The position numbers and the translations under genes were made by a program. This document shows positions 22,591 through 29,933 of a DNA stretch of 32,000 bases, piece after piece (position 1 is the stretch's first letter; every line of letters starts with the position of its first letter). Source of the DNA: Moraxella nasicaprae (GTDB lineage Bacteria; Pseudomonadota; Gammaproteobacteria; Pseudomonadales; Moraxellaceae); the NCBI RefSeq assembly GCF_025643275.1, contig NZ_CP089977.1, positions 540,001 to 572,000 of the forward strand, in the 5' to 3' direction. A model generated the notes under the pieces. It had not been told where the DNA came from. It saw nothing but the letters and a program-made list of their open reading frames with translations, and searched no databases.

Positions 22591-24408
22591 TTAGCCCTCC
22601 TTATCGGCTTGTTGGCTGGATTTATCAATGAACACCAACGCCAGCCTGATTTGATTGTAGCTATACACTTCACGCAGCTCTTCAAATATCGGTCTTAGCC
22701 TGATTCCTTCGATGAACTCGCCTTGTGCGTCAAGTTTTTCAAACGCCTCTTTCACCGCATCAACGATGCTCTGCTCTGGGCGTATTGCTGAATAATCAAG
22801 CTGTGGCATCTTGGCAACAATCTTATCTAGATGTCCGATGATGGTAGATTCAGCATAGGCTCTTTTTTGTGCGATTTGACTGATGCTAAGACCCTCTTTG
22901 ACCAAGGATAAAGTTTCACGCACGCCATCATGAAATCCATCGTGATGTTGTTGTTCTTGCTGTCGTTTTTGATGTGTTTGCTTGACGATGATTTGTTCAT
23001 TTAAAGAGATTTTCTTGACATCATCAAGACCACCGCAGACTTTAATGAAGGCTTGATGAATGTCCGTCACTGTCTTGTCGTCCAATGCCAAAAACTGCTG
23101 TTCTTGTTCATCAGAAAGTTCAAGCAGTCGCCTATCCACCCTTTGCACCCACTCATCTAACAATAAACTTTTGGTATTTAATCCCAGCAGTTTTAGACCG
23201 TCCAATGATTTTAGACGAGACAATGCCACATAGCCTTGCCCCATTTCAAAGGTTTTGGATAAATCAATTTCAGCAGCGTCTAAGGTCATGCCCTGTGATT
23301 TATGAATGGTGATTGCCCACGCCAAACAAAGTGGCACTTGGCTTAAACTTGCCAAAACACCACCGTCAGCGTCCTCGATGGTCCAGTCTTCTGGCGTTGC
23401 ATTGACCTCACCACCATTATTGAGGCGTACCACAGGATAGGCAGAGGCAGGAATGTCACTACTGCCATCATATTTTTGACCGCCAGCCCCAACAAAATAC
23501 GCCACCACGCCCATCGTGCCATTATAAACACCCAAGTTTGGCATATTTTTGACAAACATGACTTTGGCACCGACTTTTAGAGTCAGCTCTTGCGGTGCTC
23601 GCACGCCTTTTAAAAGCATTTCTATCAAGGCTTTGTCGCCAGACACCACCGCTTTAAAGCACACGCTTTTGCCCGACAAAGTAACCAGCTCATCATCATT
23701 GATGCGATCCACATCGATGTTATGCGTGTACAATCTGGTGCGATGTGCCTGCACTTGGTTATTTTGTGTGGCTTTAAGCCTATCAATCGCTGCCCAGCTG
23801 ACCGTCTGACTACGAATCTGATTTAGAATATCAGTCAGGCTTAGCTCATCTTGATTGGCACGGCTGTCATCTTGGCGATGTTGCTCGCTCAAATAACAAA
23901 TTTGAAAATTGCAGTCAATCCACGCCTTAGACATAAAAGCGTATTTTTCTTTGGAAGTCTCGCCTTTTTCGCCCACAGGTGGCAACTGAAAAAAGTCACC
24001 AGAAAACACCACTTGCAAACCACCAAATGGTAAGTTTGGGTCAATAAAATGTCGCAAAACCGCATCGATGGTATCAACTTGTTTGAGATGAAGCATTGAG
24101 ATTTCATCGACAATCAGCACTCTGGTATTTTTGAGTTTATCAACAAAACCATCTTTCTCTTTTAGTCTTGATAAATTGATTTTTTCAATGTCATTTTGAA
24201 TACCGATGCCTGACCACGAATGAATCGTTACACCGCCCATGTGTGTAGCAGCAATGCCTGTGCTGGCAGTAATGGCAATCGGAACTTGGCGTGCTTTTAG
24301 ATAATTGATGTACTGATTTAGCACATAGGTTTTGCCTGCCCCTGCCTGCCCTGTCAAAAAAACATTCTGCCCTGTTTTTAGGATTGCCAATGCGGTTGAT
24401 TGTTTCAT
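22591..24408 (-). CDS. Pif1/RecD-like SF1 DNA helicase with C-terminal HTH domain
   Basis: 605 aa with Walker A GQAGAGKTYV, Walker B LIVDEISML, FSGDFFQLPPV, and late helicase motifs (AITIHKSQGMTLD, YVALSR). The C-terminal LSISQIAQKRAYAESTIIGHL is HTH-like. Confidence 0.85.
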   Translation of the reverse strand: MKQSTALAILKTGQNVFLTGQAGAGKTYVLNQYINYLKARQVPIAITASTGIAATHMGGVTIHSWSGIGIQNDIEKINLSRLKEKDGFVDKLKNTRVLIVDEISMLHLKQVDTIDAVLRHFIDPNLPFGGLQVVFSGDFFQLPPVGEKGETSKEKYAFMSKAWIDCNFQICYLSEQHRQDDSRANQDELSLTDILNQIRSQTVSWAAIDRLKATQNNQVQAHRTRLYTHNIDVDRINDDELVTLSGKSVCFKAVVSGDKALIEMLLKGVRAPQELTLKVGAKVMFVKNMPNLGVYNGTMGVVAYFVGAGGQKYDGSSDIPASAYPVVRLNNGGEVNATPEDWTIEDADGGVLASLSQVPLCLAWAITIHKSQGMTLDAAEIDLSKTFEMGQGYVALSRLKSLDGLKLLGLNTKSLLLDEWVQRVDRRLLELSDEQEQQFLALDDKTVTDIHQAFIKVCGGLDDVKKISLNEQIIVKQTHQKRQQEQQHHDGFHDGVRETLSLVKEGLSISQIAQKRAYAESTIIGHLDKIVAKMPQLDYSAIRPEQSIVDAVKEAFEKLDAQGEFIEGIRLRPIFEELREVYSYNQIRLALVFIDKSSQQADKEG

Positions 24409-24544
24409 AGTTTTATCAAAATCATTTGAAATACAAACTAACTAGCATAGCATATTTTGATGATTTTATGGCAATTTTTGGGCAATTAGTTGTTTAAAAA
24501 TCACCAATAAAGCCTCAATAACAATCCGCCAAATTATTTTTAAT

Positions 24545-24579
24545 AAAAAACACCGCTTGAATGCCTCAAACGGTGTTTT
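24545..24579. terminator. bidirectional hairpin terminator, copy A of a duplicated element
   Basis: A6-CACCGCTTGAATGCCTCAAACGGTG-T4. The 25-nt core (24551-24575) is identical to 26186-26210. Confidence 0.65.
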
Positions 24580-24590
24580 ATCATTTAAAA

Positions 24591-25151
24591 TCAAAGTAAT
24601 GCTTCTAATTTTTCAATCAAAGTGTTGCTATGATTTTTGGCATTATTTTGTAATTGTGCCAAATGCTCATCATTATGCACGCCTTGTATATACAAAGCCC
24701 CATACAAAGGATACACGCCCTGCCAGTCAAAACCTGCATAAAGTGCAGAATGCTTAACAGGTTTGACCAAATCATCAATGGTCGCCACAATCTGCCCATT
24801 GTAGGTATTTTCGCCTGAGCCTGTGGTGGTAGAAACAAGAAATTTTTTGCCGTGCAGTTTATCACCACCCTCACCATAGGCAAAGCCATACAGCCACACA
24901 TCGTCCAGCCATTTTTTTAAAATGGCAGGGGTATTAAACCAAAAGGTGGGGTATTGTAGTAGCACCACATCCGCCCCAATCAAGGCGTCCTGCTCTGCCT
25001 TAACATCAATTTGATAATCAGGGTATAAATCAGACAGACGGCGAACGCTGATTTTATCGCCAAAATGGTTTTGCAATTCATTTAATATCAGCTTGTTGCT
25101 GACCGAAGTATTTAAATCTTGGTGGGCAGAAATAACCAAAATATTGGACAT
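24591..25151 (-). CDS. NAD(P)H-dependent quinone oxidoreductase, flavodoxin-like fold (KefF/KefG-like)
   Basis: 186 aa. ILVISAH..., LYPDYQIDVKAEQDALIGADVVLLQYPTFWFNTPAILKKWLDDV and GFAYGEGG match the Flavodoxin_2 KefF/KefG pattern. AAGGAG RBS is present. Confidence 0.8.
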   Translation of the reverse strand: MSNILVISAHQDLNTSVSNKLILNELQNHFGDKISVRRLSDLYPDYQIDVKAEQDALIGADVVLLQYPTFWFNTPAILKKWLDDVWLYGFAYGEGGDKLHGKKFLVSTTTGSGENTYNGQIVATIDDLVKPVKHSALYAGFDWQGVYPLYGALYIQGVHNDEHLAQLQNNAKNHSNTLIEKLEALL

Positions 25152-25175
25152 AAAAACTCCTTATCAATCAATAAA

Positions 25176-25667
25176 TTAAAACATCGAACGCCCGCTCACG
25201 GTTTTTTCGGGTACGGCTTGAATGGTATCCCAATGCTCAACGATTTTGCCGTTGTCGTCAAAACGGAAAATATCCACCACCGCTTCGCCCCTATCATTTT
25301 CATCAAGCTGGCTATGAACGTGCAACACCACCAAATCACCTTCGGCAATCACACGGTGGATTTTGGCAGACGATTTGGGGTGCTGTTTTAAAAATGGCAC
25401 AAAAGCATCAATAAAGGCTTGACCACCGTCCCCTACGGTTGGATTGTGTTGCAAATAGGTATCTCCCACATATTTGGCTGTGGCTTCGGCAACTTTGTGC
25501 TGATTAAATGCCATTTCATAAAATGCAATGGCATTGGCTTTGTTGCGTTCGGTTTTGCTTTGTGCGGTAGATACGCTGGCTTTGGCTGGATTGGCGACAT
25601 TAGACACCGTCTGACAGCCTGTCAAAGCCACGTTTGCCACTAGGACAGATAGGATAAGTTTTTTCAT
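25176..25667 (-). CDS. SnoaL-like / NTF2-family protein with lipoprotein signal
   Basis: 163 aa with the lipobox ALTGC. YLQHNPTVGDGGQAFIDAF... and DIFRFDDNGKIVEHWD are typical of SnoaL-like predicted ester cyclases. GGAGAC RBS is present. It lies 24 nt upstream of the quinone reductase gene, so the two are probably an operon. Confidence 0.75.
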   Translation of the reverse strand: MKKLILSVLVANVALTGCQTVSNVANPAKASVSTAQSKTERNKANAIAFYEMAFNQHKVAEATAKYVGDTYLQHNPTVGDGGQAFIDAFVPFLKQHPKSSAKIHRVIAEGDLVVLHVHSQLDENDRGEAVVDIFRFDDNGKIVEHWDTIQAVPEKTVSGRSMF

Positions 25668-25742
25668 TTTGTCTCCACAATGATGAATATTGATTTTTAA
25701 GCTGATGAAAGGTATTATACCCCCTTAATTTAAATATAGAAG

Positions 25743-25762
25743 TACTTACAAATTTGTAAGTA
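25743..25762. promoter_or_regulatory. perfect 20-bp palindrome, candidate HxlR-type operator
   Basis: TACTTACAAATTTGTAAGTA is its own reverse complement. It lies in the 136-bp divergent region between the SnoaL/quinone reductase operon and the HxlR gene. A minus-strand TATAAT is at 25719-25714. Confidence 0.55.
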
Positions 25763-25803
25763 TAAAATTATTTTTTAACCAGTTGATTTTCAAGGGTTTA
25801 TCA

Positions 25804-26154
25804 ATGAGAGACTTTGACAAAGGACGAGTATTGTCCAAAGATTGTCCCAGCCGTTTGATTTTAAATCACTTAACCAGCCGTTGGGGCGTGCTTGTGATGA
25901 TTGTGCTACTTGACGGTACAAAGCGGTTTAGTGAGATTCGCCGTGAAATTGAAGGCGTGAGTGAACGAATGTTATCGGAGACTTTAAAGCAATTAGAGAA
26001 AGATGGCATGCTGATTCGCAAATCCTACAACACCGTGCCACCGCATACCGATTATACTTTGACCGAATATGGGCGGCAGGCAGCACAAAAAATTGATGCG
26101 TTGGTGGATTGGCTTGAAAATAATCTCAATGGTATTTTGGCGAGCCAAGGTTAA
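25804..26154 (+). CDS. HxlR/DUF24-family winged-helix transcriptional regulator
   Basis: CPSRLILNHLTSRWGVLVMIVLLDGTKRFSEIRREIEGVSERMLSETLKQLEKDGMLIRKSYNTVPPHTDYTLTEYG is the canonical HxlR pattern, including the N-terminal conserved Cys. The ATG at 25804 is preceded by AAGGG. Confidence 0.88.
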   Translation: MRDFDKGRVLSKDCPSRLILNHLTSRWGVLVMIVLLDGTKRFSEIRREIEGVSERMLSETLKQLEKDGMLIRKSYNTVPPHTDYTLTEYGRQAAQKIDALVDWLENNLNGILASQG

Positions 26155-26178
26155 GTTTTTTTGACAGCCTAAGACAAT

Positions 26179-26215
26179 AAAAAAACACCGCTTGAATGCC
26201 TCAAACGGTGTTTTT
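26179..26215. terminator. bidirectional hairpin terminator, copy B of a duplicated element
   Basis: A7-CACCGCTTGAATGCCTCAAACGGTG-T5, lying between the convergent hxlR-like and nitroreductase genes. Confidence 0.65.
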
Positions 26216-26218
26216 ATT

Positions 26219-26878
26219 TTATTCCACAAATTTCACCACTTCATCAAAGGCTTTGCGTGCCTTTGGCTTGATGTCTTTATCACGATAGCCAAAAGTTACC
26301 ATCACCGACACCGCCCACTCGGCAGGGTCAAACAAGCCTTCATTTGCCAAGATGTCATTGACTTCTTTGTAGGCAAAACCTTCAATCGGACAAGAATCAA
26401 TACCCATCATCGCCGCCCCCGTCATCATATTGGCAAGGGCGATGTAAGTTTGTTTGCTTGCCCAATCGTATAGACTGCGATCATTCTCCAAAATGGCAAT
26501 GTCTTCTGTTTGGAATTTTTTGTACACCGCCAACGCTTTTTCACGAGCCTCGCCAGTTAAGCCCCGCCTGTCCATAATCTGCCCAAAATAAGGCGTGTCA
26601 TAGCGGGCGTTTTTCTTTGCCAAAATCGCCACAATATGACTTGAAGTTTCCATCGTGGGAATACCCCAGCAGTAAGGTTTTAATTTTTGGCGTAAATTGG
26701 CATTTTGCAATACCAAAAATTGCCAAGGCTCAGAGCCTACCGAGCTTGGGGAGAGTCGCCCCATTTCCAAAATGGCGTGAAAATCGTCATCACTGATTTT
26801 CTTATTGCCATCGTACGAGCGAGTGGAGGCACGGTAATGAAATGCGTTTAAAATATCGTCTTTGTTGAAAAAGGTCAT
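26219..26878 (-). CDS. NAD(P)H nitroreductase-family flavoprotein
   Basis: RASTRSYDGNKKISDDDFHAILEMGRLSPSSVGSEPWQFLVL is the nitroreductase-fold N-terminal signature. The ATG at 26878 has GGAG 7 nt upstream. The ORF track starts at an upstream TTG. Confidence 0.85.
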   Translation of the reverse strand: MTFFNKDDILNAFHYRASTRSYDGNKKISDDDFHAILEMGRLSPSSVGSEPWQFLVLQNANLRQKLKPYCWGIPTMETSSHIVAILAKKNARYDTPYFGQIMDRRGLTGEAREKALAVYKKFQTEDIAILENDRSLYDWASKQTYIALANMMTGAAMMGIDSCPIEGFAYKEVNDILANEGLFDPAEWAVSVMVTFGYRDKDIKPKARKAFDEVVKFVE

Positions 26879-27021
26879 AAAATGCTCCAAAATTGGGTAA
26901 AAGCGGTTGAAATTTGTTTATTATACCTTGGTTTAGATATTGTGAAAAATTGAGAATTTTGATGATTGGGTATTATTAAAAATGATAATTGGGATTTTTG
27001 GGCTGCTTGAAAAGTTGTTTG

Positions 27022-27300
27022 GTGCAGTTCAATGATATCAAAACCTGCCTCCACCGCTCGTTTGACTAAATCGGCAAAGGCTTGTACCAAATCCTTGACT
27101 TCGGCTGTGTCAATTCTCTTGGTGTGATGAGATTTTGCCTAGCATACCAGCTCGCCATAGTGGATAGCATTTGGGGCGACGGCGTTTGGTGTGCATTGGG
27201 CCACTCTTTGTACTGGCACTCAAGATGTTGGGTGGTCAGTGAGGGTGTGGACTGCGATAGCCCCGCTTTTGTGATGAAAGTGGGGTTTTTGATATTTTGG
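27022..27300 (-). pseudogene. relic of an Old Yellow Enzyme / NADH:flavin oxidoreductase gene (middle segment only)
   Basis: One minus-strand frame reads ...KSGAIAVHTLTDHPTS*VPVQRVAQCTPNAVAPNAIHYGELVC*AKSHHTKRIDTAEVKDLVQAFADLVKRAVEAGFDIIELH. The AP.AI...(T)AEVKDLV.AF...RAVEAGFD.IELH part is the diagnostic OYE central region. There are in-frame stops at 27222-27220 (TGA) and 27141-27139 (TAG). No N-terminal third or C-terminal half is present. Confidence 0.6.
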
Positions 27301-27338
27301 ATAAATGATTTGAATAAGTTATTTAAATTCAACTTTTA

Positions 27339-27367
27339 TTGACGAAATGATAGATACTATTTATAAT
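27339..27367 (+). promoter_or_regulatory. near-consensus sigma70 promoter upstream of the TonB-dependent receptor
   Basis: TTGACG (27339-27344), a 17-nt spacer, then TATAAT (27362-27367). Confidence 0.6.
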
Positions 27368-27385
27368 ATTTTGATAATCATTATT
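27367..27385 (+). promoter_or_regulatory. Fur box
   Basis: TATTTTGATAATCATTATT matches the 19-bp Fur consensus GATAATGATAATCATTATC at 15 of 19 positions, counted by hand, with positions 6-18 contiguous. It starts at the last base of the -10 hexamer. Confidence 0.6.
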
Positions 27386-27618
27386 AAATCGTATGCGGTG
27401 TGATTGTGTGAAAATCGCCAAAAAATGCCAAGGGTATTTTTTAGATTGGATTTAGTGGTTTGTATTGCACTGTCTTGCGGGCTATATTTGATTCGCTGTT
27501 TGGCGAATTTTTTATTGTATAGCGATGGTGTGGGCGTGCTTTGTTTGGAAATTGAGCGACAAGCCATAGCTAAGCCGGCATACGCTCGTATGTCCCTATC
27601 AATCTTGAGTAAATACTT

Positions 27619-29862
27619 ATGTCTAACTTTATCACCAAAACACTGACAACCAAACCTTGGCTTAAATCCTTTTGGGTGTCGCCACTAGCCTTGTCTATCT
27701 CTGCAATCAGCTATGCTGATACCCATACCGAGACTGCGGCTCTTGATAGCAGCCCAGTAGTGGATTTGGGCGAATTGACCATTACCGCCACTCGTGCCAA
27801 TACCAAGCTCAATGAATCTGCCCAAAAGGTGCTTATCATTGACAGGCAGACCATAGATAACCAGCTGTTGGCGGGCGATGATATGTCGCAAGCACTGTTT
27901 AAACTGATTCCCGGCTACGCACCACCGACAGGGAATATGGGGTCGGTGTCCGAGAGTTTTCGTGGGCGGGAAGTGTTATTTATGATTGATGGCGTGCCAC
28001 AGTCCAATCCTTTAAGAGACGGTAGCCGTGAGAACCGCACCATTGATTTGTCTATGGTGGAGCGGATAGAGGTCATCTATGGGGCAAGCTCTGAGCACGG
28101 CTTGGGGGCGACAGGTGGTATCATCAACTTTATTACCAAAAAGAATCGTGGCGATGGTCTAAAGCAGAGCCTAAGCATCGGTGTCAATACTGCCAAAAAC
28201 TTTGAAGGCGAGGGCTTGGGCGGTGATGTGCGTTATCAGGCGAGCTTTGGTGGCGAAAAACTGGACGGACTTGTGGCACTCAAATATGGCAAGGAAGGTA
28301 TGTACTATGGGGCTGATGACCGCCTTGTCGGCACTTATGGCAATCAAGGCGATGTGATGAATGCCAGTCATTATGATGTGTTAGCGAAAGTCGGCTATGC
28401 CTTTGATGACAACAAACGCCTAAGTGCCAGCGTCAATCATTATTTTTTGGAAGGCTCACAAGAATATGTCAATGACAGCAGCCAAAGAAACCGTGCCATA
28501 AAACGCACCGATACCAGCGTCAAGCGGACAGGTGCACCCGACGGGCTAGACCCGTATAATAAGGTGCTAACCGCCAATGTTGTTTATCAAGACGATGATT
28601 TTTTGAGCGGACGACTGACAGCATAGGGCTATTACCAAGACTTTACTGCTCGTTATGGTTCTAATGCTGCTGCCAATTATCAAGACCCAGCACTTGCCCC
28701 TGTGGGTCAGCTCATTGACCAGTCGCAAATTGAATCTCAAAAGCTTGGTCTAAAAACCACCTACAATAAAGACAATCTCTGGCAGGACAGACTGTCCTTG
28801 ACCGCAGGGCTTGATGTGCTTCAAGACGATACCGAACAGCGACTCATTCGCTACAACCGTTCGTGGACGCCAAAGATGAGCTATCAGAATCTGGCTCCCT
28901 TTGCACAGGCAAGGCTAAGCTTAACAGAGCGTCTGTCTTTGAATGCAGGTGTGAGATACGAATACGGCAAGCTTTCGGTTGATGATTATTATACGCTAGC
29001 AGGCTATACCCGTGCCAACAGCTTTGGTGCGCGTCGCTACACCCCAACCTTTGTCCAAGGCGGTGAGGTGTCGTTTGACAAGGCATTGCCAAGTGCAGGC
29101 TTGACATTTGACCTAACGCCCAAGCTACAAGCTTTTGCCAGCTACTCTCAAGGTCTGGGTATGCCTGATGTTGGGGGTGCCTTAAGAGCGATTACGGCAC
29201 TCAATCAAAGCGTGGAGAACATTGAGCTGTCGCCCATTGTTACCGACAATATGGAGGCAGGACTAAGATTTTCTGGCGAAAAACTGACAGCGGACTTGAG
29301 TGTGTATCAATCTAAATCAGACTTGGGTTCTACCTTAGAATATGTGCCTGCTGTGCAAGGCTATCGTGCCGTGCGTAGCGAGACGGATATTAAGGGTGGA
29401 GAAGTGTCCTTGGGTTACCGCCCAAACAAAAGCCACCATTTCACAGCAAGCTTTGCCCACACCCAAGGCAAATACGATGCCAATAACAATGGCGTGATGG
29501 TGGATATGCCTGCTCGCAACATTAGCCCCAACAAGCTATCTTTGGGCTATACGCACACCTTAGCCAACCAAGGCAGTATGAGCCTGACCGCTACTCATCT
29601 GTTTGACCGCAAGTATCCCGATATTGCCGCAGGTGTTCAGTCAAAATTTGATGGCTATACGCTCGTGGATTTTGGCTATCGTCAGCCTGTGTCGCACCGC
29701 TTTGGTAAGGGTGTGATTGGCTTTGGGGTTAATAATCTTTTGAACACCGACTACCAGAACTTTATCAGCCAGACCGTTTTGGTGGACGATAGAAGTGATA
29801 CCACTCGCTATTCTAGTGGGCGTGGACGCAATTATAACCTAAGCTATACCTTTGAATTTTAA
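27619..29862 (+). pseudogene. TonB-dependent outer-membrane receptor interrupted by one in-frame TAG
   Basis: It has a signal peptide (...SISAISYA/DTH), a TonB-box-like VVDLGELTITA, a plug domain, and a beta-barrel ending in the OMP signature ...YNLSYTFEF. ORFs 27619-28626 and 28702-29862 are in the same frame. The only break is the TAG at 28624-28626 (...RLTA*GYYQDFTARYG...). Confidence 0.85.
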
Positions 29863-29869
29863 TCCTAGC

Positions 29870-29899
29870 AAGAACCGTTTGTGCCACAAGCGGTTCTTT
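29870..29899 (+). terminator. hairpin between the receptor and ABC genes (weak terminator or attenuator)
   Basis: AAGAACCGTTTGT-GCC-ACAAGCGGTTCTT (one G.T pair) followed only by TATT, so the U-tract is poor. Confidence 0.4.
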
Positions 29900-29933
29900 A
29901 TTGTGTGCATAGCCAAAAACGGTGTAATCTTTT

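Noticed and set aside
27386-27618. Possible cobalamin riboswitch in the receptor leader. BtuB-type receptors and some SbmA/BacA-type transporters handle B12, and the leader contains GTGAAAATCGCC and AAGCCGGCA strings.
   Set aside because: The conserved core elements (a GGGAA segment, GGTGAAAATCC followed by CCCGCAAC-type pairing, and a proper B12 box ending in ACCTGCC) are not present in the right order. The resemblance is limited to short words. A covariance-model scan (RF00174) would settle it.
27425-27646. 73-codon Cys-rich hydrophobic ORF (MPRVFFRLDLVVCIALSCGLYLIRC...) in the receptor leader, overlapping the receptor start.
   Set aside because: There is no Shine-Dalgarno sequence upstream of its ATG. 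It overlaps the receptor start in another frame, and its composition looks like a translated AT/GT-rich leader. It is kept only as a remote possibility under the leader finding.
28624-28626. The amber codon as a recoding signal (pyrrolysine or programmed read-through).
   Set aside because: No Pyl machinery is expected in this kind of bacterium, and no recoding context is evident. A nonsense mutation or base-call error is far more parsimonious.
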